This document shows, one piece after another, positions 1 to 9,809 of a DNA stretch of 64,000 nt. Each line of letters begins with the position of its first letter. The first letter of the stretch is position 1. The stretch covers positions 1,280,001 through 1,344,000 of the forward strand of contig CBDCOH010000002.1 in the NCBI GenBank assembly GCA_965219685.1, written 5' to 3'. A program made the translations under genes and the position numbers. Under the pieces are notes generated by a model. The model had not been told where the DNA came from and did not search any database. It was given only the letters and a program-made list of their open reading frames with translations. The DNA comes from Candidatus Spongiisociaceae bacterium. Lineage in GTDB: Bacteria > Actinomycetota > Acidimicrobiia > Spongiisociales > Spongiisociaceae.

Positions 1-1106
1 CCGAGTTGCAGGGCCACCGCCACCGCACAGGCCAGGTTCGCATGGAACACGCTCGTGGCCGAGACGTCGCCGATCTGCTCGCCCCGCACCACGATGGCAG
101 CTCTGCCCCCGCGGGCCCGGACGCGGACGTCCGCCGCCGCTCGGGTCGTGCCGCAACGCCAGACGGTCGGTCCACCCGCCTCCGAGGACAGCCTGTCTGC
201 GAGTTCGGCGAGGAGGGGATGGTCGACGTTCACCACCACCGCCCCGGCTCCTTCGACGATCTCGGACTTGGCTTCGACGATCCGCTCCTCCGTCCTGAAC
301 CTCTGGAGGTGGACCGGTCCGATGGCCGTCAGCACCGCCACCGACGGGGGGATCCAGGAACAGAGTTCGGCAATCTCACCCTTCCCGTAGGTGCCCATCT
401 CGGCCACGAACACCTCGGCGTCGGCGGTCAGGTGCTCGTTCACCGCCCGTGCCAGCCCCAGGCGGTTGTTGAAGCTGGCCGGGCTGGCCACCACCCGCTT
501 CGTGCCCTCCACCAACTGCTTGACGTACCACTTGGTCGAGGTCTTCCCGAAGCTGCCGGTGATCCCGACCACGATCGGCGCCACGCGGGCGAGCGAGCGA
601 GTGGCCTGGTCGACGTACGTCTGCGAGATGCGCCTCTCCAGTGGTCCGGCTACCCATAGCGCAGCGTCGGGGGCCAGGTAGGAAAGGAGGACCAGGATCA
701 GGGTCGAGGTGCCCGACGGCGCCCGTCCGGCTGCGGTCGCTACCACCCACGTGCCCAACGCTGTGGCCCCCAGAAGGATCCCCGCTGTCACAACTGCGGT
801 GCGCTTCAGCCGGGAGGTCCACACCAGCGGGGAGGTGCGACCCCGGAGTGCCAGTCCGAGCGGGAAGACAGCAGCTCCGACCACCCCCACCAGAGGCCAG
901 AGGGAGTCGGGCCGCGCAAGCCACCCGAGAAGGGCGACTGCCACCAGCAGCAACTCCCCCAAGTTCAGTAGCCGCCCGGCCATCCAGACCCTCCGCATCG
1001 CGATGACCGAGCCGGCCAGGTAGTGCTCGCGTTGGGCGACCCTGAGCCACCTGACGCTTGCGACGAGTACCGCTACCAGGCCCAGAGCCGGCATTCCCCA
1101 CGTCAC
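1..1106 (-). CDS. murF: UDP-N-acetylmuramoyl-tripeptide--D-alanyl-D-alanine ligase with hydrophobic N-terminal extension (3' end runs off window)
   Basis: Not in ORF track (open at edge). Manual translation from GTG at 1106, which overlaps the upstream TGA, gives MTWGMPALGLVAVL... then PIVVGITGSFGKTSTK, ASFNNRLGL, VAEMGTYGKGEI, TAIGPVHL, the Mur ligase P-loop and MurF motifs. Confidence 0.85.
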   Translation of the reverse strand, partial: MTWGMPALGLVAVLVASVRWLRVAQREHYLAGSVIAMRRVWMAGRLLNLGELLLVAVALLGWLARPDSLWPLVGVVGAAVFPLGLALRGRTSPLVWTSRLKRTAVVTAGILLGATALGTWVVATAAGRAPSGTSTLILVLLSYLAPDAALWVAGPLERRISQTYVDQATRSLARVAPIVVGITGSFGKTSTKWYVKQLVEGTKRVVASPASFNNRLGLARAVNEHLTADAEVFVAEMGTYGKGEIAELCSWIPPSVAVLTAIGPVHLQRFRTEERIVEAKSEIVEGAGAVVVNVDHPLLAELADRLSSEAGGPTVWRCGTTRAAADVRVRARGGRAAIVVRGEQIGDVSATSVFHANLACAVAVALQL

Positions 1107-1837
1107 AGCAATTCCTCGACAGCGAGGCGGACCCGATCGGGAGCCAGGCGTGGGACATCATGCCCGCAGCCGTCCACCACGTCCACCTTCACATCGTCTA
1201 GAAGCGCCGCGGACCCGTGGGCCACCTCCAAGGGGACCTCCCGATCGTCGGCGCCCCAGACCATGCGGACCGGACACTCGATACGGGACAGTTCGGACTC
1301 GTACGTCTCGTTGACCATCGTGACCAGGACGTCTCGCATCACACCGGAGACGGCGCGGTAGTCGGCCGACCCTCGGCGCCGTTTCTCGCGTTCTAGGCGC
1401 CGGTCGCTGATTAGCCCGGCCTTGTTGGCCCACCGCACCAACCGGTATGCCTTGGACGGCTTGCGCGTCGGTCGGTTGCCGGGGCGCAACAAGGGGACAC
1501 CGACCAGGACGAGCCCCGACACCAGTTCCGGGCGCTCGGCGGCAAGCACCGCGGCCACCCTTCCCCCGAACGAATGGCCCACCAGAACCGGTCGGCCGCC
1601 GAGTTCCTCCACCAGTGGGGCAACCAGTTCCGCATATCCCGACGCCCCTACAATCCCGGCCGGAGGCGGGCTGGCTCCGAAACCGGGCAGATCGACCGAC
1701 ACAGCGTCAAGTCCGTCCAGCACCTCCACGAAGTCCCGGCGGTTCCTCCCCCACCCGTGCAACGCCACGACGCGCGCCTCGCCCGATCCGTAGCGATCCC
1801 CGAACAAGATTCCGTCTACGAAGCTCCTGAGGGGCAG
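1103..1837 (-). CDS. alpha/beta fold hydrolase
   Basis: LHGWG oxyanion motif, DLPGFG, GHSFGG nucleophile elbow, WGADD and GH catalytic motifs. Start uncertain (CTG 1837 after GGGAGAAGG, or TTG 1870); the ORF-track N-terminus looks spurious. Confidence 0.85.
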   Translation of the reverse strand: MPLRSFVDGILFGDRYGSGEARVVALHGWGRNRRDFVEVLDGLDAVSVDLPGFGASPPPAGIVGASGYAELVAPLVEELGGRPVLVGHSFGGRVAAVLAAERPELVSGLVLVGVPLLRPGNRPTRKPSKAYRLVRWANKAGLISDRRLEREKRRRGSADYRAVSGVMRDVLVTMVNETYESELSRIECPVRMVWGADDREVPLEVAHGSAALLDDVKVDVVDGCGHDVPRLAPDRVRLAVEELL

Positions 1838-2095
1838 GACGCCTTCTCCCTGATCGCCTGAGCCGGTCAACCCCCGGGACGTGGGACTCGCCGAGGGCCG
1901 GCGCCGCGAGGTTACCGCCGGACCCACCCGATGAGTTACCCCATGTGGAGGAGAAGAGCGCCACACTGACCCGCGCGTGTTTGATGTTGGGCACCCCCGT
2001 GATAGACACTTTCGGAGACGCGGACCATATCAGTAGTGTTAGTATGATTGTCACAACTGTTGGTAAAGACTTGACACTGTTGGTGGAGAGGAAAG

Positions 2096-2287
2096 ATGGT
2101 TACCGAGTCGTTGGTGGATACCAAGGATGAGGCACGGCAGGCCGAGGTCCCCACTGACATTGCTCAGGCGCTGCTCAAGATCCACGAGGACCGTACGTAC
2201 TACGTCAAATGGGTGGTCGGCGTGGGCATCGGTATCGTCACGGTGGTTCTCGCCGTTGCGGGGGTGCTGATCGCCGTACTCGGGTAG
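2096..2287 (+). CDS. small protein with C-terminal transmembrane anchor (paralog of 18454-18675)
   Basis: GGAGAGGA RBS; charged N-half, hydrophobic C-terminus; shares VTESLVD.KDEARQAEV with the ORF at 18454-18675. Confidence 0.75.
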   Translation: MVTESLVDTKDEARQAEVPTDIAQALLKIHEDRTYYVKWVVGVGIGIVTVVLAVAGVLIAVLG

Positions 2288-2321
2288 TAGGGCTCGCCGG
2301 AGAAGGGTCCTACGGGCGTTC

Positions 2322-3113
2322 CTATTCGGGAGAGCGGTTGGAGGTGGCGATGGCGTGGAAGCCGGCGTCGACATGGATCACCTCGCCGGTCACTTTCGTG
2401 GCGAAGTCTGACAGCATCACACAGATCATGTTGGCTACCGGGGTCGGGTCTGTGGTGTCCCACTCGAGGGGAGCGCGCTGGTCCCAGACATCCTGGAACC
2501 GGGAGAATCCCGCGATACCCTTGGCTGCGACGGTCGACAACGGCCCCGCCGAGACGGCGTTGACCCGGATGTTGTGAGGCCCCAGGTCACGGGCCAGGTA
2601 ACGGGTCACCGACGCCAGCGCCGCCTTGCACACCCCCATCCAGTCGTATGCAGGCCAGGCCTGGGTGCTGTTGTCGAAGTCGAGGGTGACCAGCGAGCCG
2701 CCGCCGGCCTCCTGCAGCAACGGCAGCAGCCCCACGGCCAGGGTCTTGTACGAGAACGCCGACGTGGTGAAGGCGAGCGCCGCGCTCTCCGACGGGGTGG
2801 TCAGGAAGTTGCCTCCGAGCGCGTCCTCGGGTGCGTAGGCGATGGCGTGGACTGCCCCGTCGATGCTTCCCCACCGCTCCGAGAGTCGGGCCACCAGCCC
2901 GTCCATCTGGGCCGGATCGTTGATGTCCAACTCGAACACGTCGGGCGGGTCGGGAAGGCGCTGTGCCGACCGCCGCGTGAGCCGCATCCCGCGCCCGAAC
3001 CCGGTCAGGATGATCTCAGCGCCCTGCTCCTGGGCAACCTTTGCGGTGTGCCACGCGATGGAGCCGTGGGTGAGGACCCCGGTGATGAGCAAGCGTTTAC
3101 CGGTCAGCAGCAT
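2322..3113 (-). CDS. fabI: enoyl-ACP reductase (FabI/InhA)
   Basis: LLTGKRLLITGV...SIAW, AWPAYDWMGVCKAAL (Y-x6-K), actinobacterial InhA-like sequence. Confidence 0.95.
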   Translation of the reverse strand: MLLTGKRLLITGVLTHGSIAWHTAKVAQEQGAEIILTGFGRGMRLTRRSAQRLPDPPDVFELDINDPAQMDGLVARLSERWGSIDGAVHAIAYAPEDALGGNFLTTPSESAALAFTTSAFSYKTLAVGLLPLLQEAGGGSLVTLDFDNSTQAWPAYDWMGVCKAALASVTRYLARDLGPHNIRVNAVSAGPLSTVAAKGIAGFSRFQDVWDQRAPLEWDTTDPTPVANMICVMLSDFATKVTGEVIHVDAGFHAIATSNRSPE

Positions 3114-3156
3114 GGTGCCTCCTTCTCAGGACCCGGATGACCGGGAGACAGGCGGC

Positions 3157-5118
3157 TCAGTCCTCGTCGCCCGGAGCGGAGGCCGCCATCTCGGCGATCT
3201 CGGCCACGATATCGGCATTGGCGAGGGTGGTCACATCGCCCAGCCGGCGTTGTTCCGATATGTCTCTCAGCAGGCGTCGCATGATCTTGCCCGAGCGGGT
3301 CTTCGGTACGTCGGGTGTGAACACGATGCTCTTGGGTTTGGCGATCGGCCCGATGGAGTTGGCGACGTGATCGCGTAGCGTCCGCATGAGCCCGGTGTCG
3401 CCCTCGAACCCGCCCCGCAGGCTCACGAACGCCGCGATCGCCTGGCCGGTGAGCGGGTCGCTTCGACCGACCACCGCCGCTTCGGCCACCGACGGATGGG
3501 AGACAAGGGCTGACTCGACCTCCATGGTCGAGATGTTGTGACCCGCCACCAGCATCACGTCGTCGACCCGACCCAGTAGCCACAGGTAGCCGTCGTCGTC
3601 CAGCTTGGCGCCGTCGCCGGGGAAGTAGAGGCCGTCGAATCGGGACCAGTAGGTGTCGACGTAGCGCTGGTCGTCTCCCCAGATGGAGCGGAGCATCGAG
3701 GGCCAGGAGTTACGGATGACCAGATAGCCGCCGCCGCCCCGGCCGACGGATAGCCCGCCCTCGTCCACGACGTCCGTCACGATCCCGGGCATCGGCCGGG
3801 TGGCGCTGCCCGGTTTGGTGGTGGTGATGCCGGGCAGGGGCGAGATCATGATCGAGCCGGTCTCGGTCTGCCACCAGGTGTCGACCACCGGCGACGTGCC
3901 CCCTCCGATGTGCTCGTGGTACCACATCCAGGCCTCGGGATTGATCGGCTCTCCCACCGTTCCCAGGAGCCGCAGCGACGACAGGTCATGGCGCTGTGGG
4001 TACTCCACGCCCCACTTCATGAAGGCGCGGATGGCGGTGGGCGCCGTGTACAACTGCGTGACACCGTACTTGGCGATTATCGACCAGAGCCGGTCCTTGT
4101 CCGGATAGTCGGGAGTTCCCTCGTACATGACCGACGTGGTTTGGTTGGCCAGGGGTCCGTAGACGATGTACGTGTGCCCGGTAACCCATCCGATGTCGGC
4201 GCCGCACCACCAGATGTCCTCGTCCGGTTTGACATCGAACACGTAGCTGTGGGTGGTGGTGGCGCCCACCAGGTAGCCACCGGTGGTGTGCATAATGCCC
4301 TTGGGCTTGCCGGTGGTGCCCGACGTGTAGAGGATGTAGAGCAGGTCCTCTGCGTTCATTACCTCCGGGGCACAGTCGGCCGGCTGGCCCTCCACCAGAT
4401 CATGCCACCAGATGTCACGCCCGGGCGTCATGGTGACCTCGTTGCCCGTGCGGGCGAGCACCACGCAGTGCCGGATCAGATCTGTGCGGTCCATCGCCCG
4501 GTCCGCCGCCACCTTCAGGTCGACGACGCCTCCCCTCCGCCAGGCACCGTCGCAGGTGATGAGTACCTCGGCGCCCGCGTCCTCAACCCGGTCGTAGATG
4601 GCGTCCGACGAGAAACCGCCGAAGATCACGCTGTGAGCAGCTCCGATACGTGCACACGCCAGCATGGCGACGGCAAGCTCGGGCACCATCCCCATGTACA
4701 CGGCGATCCGGTCGCCTTTCTTGACGCCGATGGACCTGAGCCCGTTGGCGAAGCGGCACACCTCGTCGTACAGGTCCTGGTAGGTGAGCACCCTCTCGTC
4801 GCCCGGCTCCCCCTCCCAGTAGAATGCGACCTTGTCGCCCCGGCCCGCCTCGATATGGCGGTCGATGCAGTTGTAGGCGACGTTGAGCTCGCCGTCGGAG
4901 AACCACTTGAAGAACGGTGGGTTCGAATCGTCCAGCAGCAGGGTGGGCTCTTTGAACCATGTGATCCGGTTCCGCGCCTGCGCTTCCCAGTAGGCGACGG
5001 GATCGGCGGCTGCCTCCTCGTGCAGGCCGGGCTTCGCGTTGGCTTGGGACGTGAAGTCCGACGACGGCGGGAAGGTGCGGTCTTCTTGCAGCAGGTTTTC
5101 GATGGTGCGCTCGGCCAC
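3157..5118 (-). CDS. acs: acetate--CoA ligase
   Basis: YTSGTTGKPKG, VDTWWQTETG, PKTRSGKIMRR motifs; 653 aa. Confidence 0.97.
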   Translation of the reverse strand: MAERTIENLLQEDRTFPPSSDFTSQANAKPGLHEEAAADPVAYWEAQARNRITWFKEPTLLLDDSNPPFFKWFSDGELNVAYNCIDRHIEAGRGDKVAFYWEGEPGDERVLTYQDLYDEVCRFANGLRSIGVKKGDRIAVYMGMVPELAVAMLACARIGAAHSVIFGGFSSDAIYDRVEDAGAEVLITCDGAWRRGGVVDLKVAADRAMDRTDLIRHCVVLARTGNEVTMTPGRDIWWHDLVEGQPADCAPEVMNAEDLLYILYTSGTTGKPKGIMHTTGGYLVGATTTHSYVFDVKPDEDIWWCGADIGWVTGHTYIVYGPLANQTTSVMYEGTPDYPDKDRLWSIIAKYGVTQLYTAPTAIRAFMKWGVEYPQRHDLSSLRLLGTVGEPINPEAWMWYHEHIGGGTSPVVDTWWQTETGSIMISPLPGITTTKPGSATRPMPGIVTDVVDEGGLSVGRGGGGYLVIRNSWPSMLRSIWGDDQRYVDTYWSRFDGLYFPGDGAKLDDDGYLWLLGRVDDVMLVAGHNISTMEVESALVSHPSVAEAAVVGRSDPLTGQAIAAFVSLRGGFEGDTGLMRTLRDHVANSIGPIAKPKSIVFTPDVPKTRSGKIMRRLLRDISEQRRLGDVTTLANADIVAEIAEMAASAPGDED

Positions 5119-5191
5119 GTCTCCTCACTCCGGGTCGGTTAGCCGGAGGGTACCGGGTTGCGACGGCCCCCGCGCCGCCCGCGCTACCCGG

Positions 5192-5545
5192 CTAGGGGCG
5201 GTGGTCGGTGCGGCGCACCCGCTTGGACATGCCACCCGGTGTCCGGAGGCATCTGACCCTGTCGTTGATGTCGCGGAGATCCTCGAGCAGGCGCTGGGCT
5301 TCGATGGTCTCGTCGAGCCGCCGGTTGGCAGCGCCGATGCGCTCGCGCATCTCCTCGGTGACCTCCTCGATGCGCAGGCTCAGGGCCCGGCACTTCTCGT
5401 CGAGCTCTCGCCGGTTGGCTTCCATCTCGGCTCGGAGTTCTTCCGCCACGGCGTCGAGCCGGCGGTTGGTACGCCATACATAGACGAAGGCGACCAGTTC
5501 CAGCAGACCCAGTACTGCGAGTATGAGAGTTGTAGTTATTGCCAT
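5192..5545 (-). CDS. hypothetical protein, N-terminal TM helix plus coiled coil
   Basis: ATG start; hydrophobic first ~24 aa then E/R/L-rich heptad pattern; AT-rich upstream region. Confidence 0.65.
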   Translation of the reverse strand: MAITTTLILAVLGLLELVAFVYVWRTNRRLDAVAEELRAEMEANRRELDEKCRALSLRIEEVTEEMRERIGAANRRLDETIEAQRLLEDLRDINDRVRCLRTPGGMSKRVRRTDHRP

Positions 5546-5704
5546 AACACTATTCTATGCAACGTTGTCCTATCATTCAACTGGATTGTTGGAGTAGTTT
5601 TCCCGATGTCGAATTCCATCTCCGAACCCGGCCCGGAAGGGACGTGGAGTCTCCCTCCCTAGAGTCACCGGCCGATACCACAGTCGAGAAGGTGAGTTCC
5701 CCCG

Positions 5705-6625
5705 ATGCCTCCCAGCCGTGTCCAGAGATCGATGCTGTCGGTGCCCGCCTCGCAGCCGGCCCTCTACCCGAAAGCGGCCCGCTCGGGAGCCGACCAGGTG
5801 ATGATCGACCTGGAGGACGCGGTGGCCCCCGACGACAAGGAGGCAGCCCGGGCCTTGGTGGTGAACGGTGTGCGTGAGGTCGACTGGGCGGCCTCCGGGC
5901 AGACGTTGACGGTGCGGATCAACGACACCGGTACGCCCTGGATGGAGGACGACGTCCGTACGGTGGTCACAGGAGCCGGCGCACTCATCGACACCCTGAT
6001 GATTCCCAAGGTCACCGGACCCCGGGATGTGACCATGGTTGCCGCGCTTCTCGACGAGCTGGAGACCGCTCTCGGTCTCCCCAAGACGATCGGCCTGGAA
6101 GTGCTGATCGAGACTTCCCGGGGGCTGGCCTATGTCAACTCCGTGGCCGATGCCCACCCCCGGCTCGAGGCGCTCCACTTCGGAGCCGGCGACTTCGGCG
6201 CCAGCATGGGGGCACGCACGCTGAGCATCGGGGACGGCGTGGGGATGGGCAACCGCTGGCACGCGGTCCAAACGATGATCGCGGTGGCGGCCCGCGCCCA
6301 CGGGTTGAGACCCATCGACTCGGCCTACGACAACTTCCATGACGATGAGGGATACCTGGCCGCCGCAGAGGCGGCCGCGGGTCTCGGCTACGAAGGGAAG
6401 TGGGCTATCCATCCGAGACAGGTCCCGCTCGCCAATCAGGTGTTCTCCCCCACCCCGGACGAGGTGGCGTCCGCTCAGGGTCTCCTGGACGCACTGGACG
6501 CCGCAGCAGCCACGGGACGCGGAGCTGCCCGCTATCAGGGAAAGATGATCGACGCAGCCTCTGCTCGCCTGGCGGAGAACATCCTGCGTATCGCCGAGCG
6601 AGTCCGCGCCTCAAGCCCGCAGTAA
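5705..6625 (+). CDS. CoA ester lyase (CitE/malyl-CoA lyase family)
   Basis: RSMLSVPAS, MIDLEDAVAP, VRIN, LIET, GKWAIHPRQV, GKMIDAAS motifs. Confidence 0.92.
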   Translation: MPPSRVQRSMLSVPASQPALYPKAARSGADQVMIDLEDAVAPDDKEAARALVVNGVREVDWAASGQTLTVRINDTGTPWMEDDVRTVVTGAGALIDTLMIPKVTGPRDVTMVAALLDELETALGLPKTIGLEVLIETSRGLAYVNSVADAHPRLEALHFGAGDFGASMGARTLSIGDGVGMGNRWHAVQTMIAVAARAHGLRPIDSAYDNFHDDEGYLAAAEAAAGLGYEGKWAIHPRQVPLANQVFSPTPDEVASAQGLLDALDAAAATGRGAARYQGKMIDAASARLAENILRIAERVRASSPQ

Positions 6626-6651
6626 CCTCGGCAACCCGCTATCAGAGATAG

Positions 6652-6696
6652 CATCTAACACTAACATCTAATTAACCCTAAACCACTAACTACTAA
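6652..6696. repeat. degenerate heptamer array (catctaa/ccactaa/ctactaa) beginning at the lipB-lipA TAG stop
   Basis: catctaacactaacatctaattaaccctaaaccactaactactaa, G-free on + strand, between convergent genes. Confidence 0.75.
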
Positions 6697-8375
6697 CCAC
6701 GATCGCCGATAGCCACCGGTACCGGGCCTGAGGAAGCGGCGCCCAGCGAGTCGCGGGCGTGGTAGGACGAACGAACCAGCGGGCCGGACTCCACGTGAGC
6801 CAGACCGATGCGGCGGCCGTAGGCGGCGTATTCCGCGAATTCGTCGGGGTGCACGTACCGGTGAACGGGGCGGTGGCGGACTGTCGGGCGCAGGTACTGG
6901 CCGATAGTCACGATGTCCACGCCGACGGCCCGGAGATCGGCCAGCGCACCGAGCAGTTCGTCGCGGGTCTCGCCCATCCCGGCGATGAGCCCGGACTTGA
7001 CAGCGCGGCTCTGGTCGTACCACTTCGCCCTGGCCAGCAGGGCCAGCGACCTGCCGTAGCTGGCCGAGGTCCGGACCTCGCGTTGCAGGCGCAACACGGT
7101 CTCGGTGTTGTGGTTGAGCACCGCCGGCCCGGCGCGCAGGACCCGCTCGAGGTCGGCACGGGCTCCCTTGAAGTCGGGTATCAGCACTTCCACGTCGCAG
7201 CCCGGCACCTTCGTGCGGACCTCCTCGACGGTCCGGGCGAAGACAGTTGACCCCCCGTCGGGGAGGTCGTCGCGATTGACCGAGGTGATGACGGCGTGGC
7301 TCAGCCCCATCGACTCCACCGCCTCCGCCACGCGGAACGGTTCGTCCAGGTCGAGACCCTGGGGGCGTCCGGTGTTCACGTTGCAGAAGCCACACGCCCG
7401 GGTGCAGGTGTCCCCGAGGATCATCATCGTGGCGGTGCCCTGGCCCCAGCACTCGTAGATGTTGGGACAGCCTGCCTCCTCGCACACGGTGTGGAGGTCC
7501 AGGTCGCGCATGAGCCGGCGCAGCCGCAGGTAGTCGTCCCCGAACCGAGCTGTCACCTTCATCCACGGCGCCTTGGGCGGCTCGCCCGCCAGCCTGTTGC
7601 CGATCGTGACCGGGACCTCGGCGCGGCCCTGGGGCGAGAAGCACCCCTCGGCCAGCAGGCGGTCCACCTCGAACTCCCGGGGCCGACCCTGCTTGCGGGT
7701 GAAGGGGCCGATCTGCACCTCGTTGCGGCCGTATCCGAACACCTCCTGGAACCTCGGGACCACAACATCGATCACCTCCTCGATGGACACCTTGCGTCCC
7801 AGGAGTCGGGCGAGGCTGGTGACGGGCCGGTCGGTGATCCCGCAAGGGTTCATGTGGGAGAAGTAGGTCATGTCGGGATCGACGTTAAGGGCGAACCCGT
7901 GCATGGTGACCTGCCGGGCCACCCGCACCCCGATCGCCGCCACCTTCCCCATGCCGGTCCAGACACCGGTGTAGCTGCTCTCCCGCCGCGCGCGGATCCC
8001 GAAGTCGGCGAGGGTCCGGATGAGCACCTCCTCGAGGGCGCGCACGTACGGCACGATCCTCTTGGTGTCCGCCAGCGCCACGATCGGGTATCCGACCAGC
8101 TGCCCGGGGCCGTGGTACGTGATGTCGCCTCCCCGGTCGATGTCGAAGCGGAGCGCCCCGAGATCCGACAGACGGTCTTCGGAGATCAGCAGGTTGGCGG
8201 GGTCGCTGTTGCGGCCGAGCGTGTAGACGTGCGGGTGCTCCTGGAGCAGCAGGTAATCGGAATGCGCCCTGCCCCGGTGACGTCCCTCCCAGAAGGCCCG
8301 CTGCAGGTCCCACGCCTCCTCGTACTGAAGCCGGCCGAGCCATCTGGTTCGCAGCAGGTCAGGCTCCGCGACCAC
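6693..8375 (-). CDS. lipB-lipA: fused lipoyl(octanoyl) transferase LipB - lipoyl synthase LipA
   Basis: One frame contains LipB motifs (EHPHVYTLG, DRGGDITYHGPGQLVGYPI, KVAAIG, HGFALNV, NPCG) and LipA motifs (CEEAGCPNIYECW, CTRACGFC, VRSSYHA). Start taken as GTG 8375; the ORF-track extension to 9053 overlaps the E2 gene. Confidence 0.93.
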   Translation of the reverse strand: MVAEPDLLRTRWLGRLQYEEAWDLQRAFWEGRHRGRAHSDYLLLQEHPHVYTLGRNSDPANLLISEDRLSDLGALRFDIDRGGDITYHGPGQLVGYPIVALADTKRIVPYVRALEEVLIRTLADFGIRARRESSYTGVWTGMGKVAAIGVRVARQVTMHGFALNVDPDMTYFSHMNPCGITDRPVTSLARLLGRKVSIEEVIDVVVPRFQEVFGYGRNEVQIGPFTRKQGRPREFEVDRLLAEGCFSPQGRAEVPVTIGNRLAGEPPKAPWMKVTARFGDDYLRLRRLMRDLDLHTVCEEAGCPNIYECWGQGTATMMILGDTCTRACGFCNVNTGRPQGLDLDEPFRVAEAVESMGLSHAVITSVNRDDLPDGGSTVFARTVEEVRTKVPGCDVEVLIPDFKGARADLERVLRAGPAVLNHNTETVLRLQREVRTSASYGRSLALLARAKWYDQSRAVKSGLIAGMGETRDELLGALADLRAVGVDIVTIGQYLRPTVRHRPVHRYVHPDEFAEYAAYGRRIGLAHVESGPLVRSSYHARDSLGAASSGPVPVAIGDRG

Positions 8376-8416
8376 GCCGAGGCGCTGGTCCCGGGTGACG
8401 ACGCTGCGGGCGCCGT

Positions 8417-9772
8417 TCAGGTCAGTTGCTGTTCCCAATCCCAGGTCTCCAGGTTGTCCTTTATACGACGCAGGAAGAGCACCGCCGTGGAACCGTCGAA
8501 GGCCCGGTGGTCCCATGACAGGCCCAGGTATCCGATGTGGCGGATGGCGATGGCGTCCTGGCCGTCGCTGGTGGTGATCACCTTGGGACGCTTCGCCACC
8601 GTGTCCGTGGAGAGGATGGCCACGTTGGGCACGTTGATGACCGGCGCAGACATGAACGACCCGTAGGGCCCCGGGTTCGTGATCGTGAAGGTGCTCCCGG
8701 TCACGTCGTCGGGTTTGAACCTTCCCTCTCTGGCACGGATCGCGACATCCCTGATCTTGCGGGCCAGCGCCCTCATCGTGAAGTCGTCGGCGTTGCGAAC
8801 CGTGGCCACGATCAGCCCTTGCTGGTTGAGGTCGATGGCGATCCCCAGGTTGACGTCCGGGTGGAAAACAGCCTTCTTCCCTTCGAGATCGAAGGAACTG
8901 TTCACGATCGGGAACTCCCGAAGCGCGTCGATCGTGGCCCGGGCTATGAACGGGAGGTAGGTGAGCGAGAACCCCTCGCCCTCCTTGAACGACTGCCTGT
9001 GCGCCTGCCGCACCCGCTCGACCCCTTCGTAGTCGACCTCCACCGATGTCCACACATGGGCGGCGGTCTGCAGGGACTTGACCATGTTGGTGGCGATCCG
9101 CATCCTGAGTCGGCTCAGCTTGCGGGTCTCCTCCCCTTCCGGCGCGGCCGGACGGGTCTCGACGGCTCGGACCTCCGGAGAGGGTGGTTCCGGTGCTGGC
9201 TGGGCCGGTTCCGGGGCGACCGCAGGCTGCATCCTGTCTATGTACGCGAGAACATCGTTGCGGGTGACCCGTCCATCCCTGCCGGTCCCCTCGATCGCGG
9301 CGGGGTCGATCCCGTGCTCGCGGGCCAGGCGCCGTACGACGGGCGACAGGAACTGGCCGGGCCCCGGGCGCCGGCCGGCGCGGCTGGGAGGACGCGGCTC
9401 GGGCGGAGGCGCGACCGCCCGAGGGGGCGGAACCGCGGCCCGATCGGCCGCGGGCGGCGCCTCCTCGACCGGGGACGGCTCGACGGCTGGTTCCTGGACC
9501 GGCGCCCCTCCGGCGGGTTCCGCGGGCGCCCCGGACTCGCCGTCGATTACAACCATTGCGGTCCCGACTCCGATCGTCTCACCCTCGGCGACCAGGATGC
9601 TTGTGACCACGCCGGCCACCGGCGACGGTATCTCGGTGTCGACCTTGTCGGTGGAGATCTCCACGAGCGGCTCATCGGCGGCGATGGGGTCGCCCACCTG
9701 CTTCATCCAGCGGAGAACCGTCCCTTCGGTTACGGTCTCACCCAGTTGCGGCATCGAGATTGTGGTTGACAT
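8417..9772 (-). CDS. 2-oxoacid dehydrogenase E2 (dihydrolipoamide acyltransferase, DlaT/SucB-like)
   Basis: Lipoyl domain MPQLGETVTEG...STDKVD, E3-binding domain LSPVVRRLA, catalytic DHRAFDG. Confidence 0.95.
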   Translation of the reverse strand: MSTTISMPQLGETVTEGTVLRWMKQVGDPIAADEPLVEISTDKVDTEIPSPVAGVVTSILVAEGETIGVGTAMVVIDGESGAPAEPAGGAPVQEPAVEPSPVEEAPPAADRAAVPPPRAVAPPPEPRPPSRAGRRPGPGQFLSPVVRRLAREHGIDPAAIEGTGRDGRVTRNDVLAYIDRMQPAVAPEPAQPAPEPPSPEVRAVETRPAAPEGEETRKLSRLRMRIATNMVKSLQTAAHVWTSVEVDYEGVERVRQAHRQSFKEGEGFSLTYLPFIARATIDALREFPIVNSSFDLEGKKAVFHPDVNLGIAIDLNQQGLIVATVRNADDFTMRALARKIRDVAIRAREGRFKPDDVTGSTFTITNPGPYGSFMSAPVINVPNVAILSTDTVAKRPKVITTSDGQDAIAIRHIGYLGLSWDHRAFDGSTAVLFLRRIKDNLETWDWEQQLT

Positions 9773-9809
9773 TCTTTACCTCCCCCGGGGCTCAGGCTCG
9801 TCGGACATG

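Noticed and set aside
8376-9053. N-terminal extension of the 786-aa ORF (apparent larger fusion)
   Set aside because: Overlaps the E2 gene in another frame with low-complexity Arg/Gly/His composition; a GC-rich shadow ORF.
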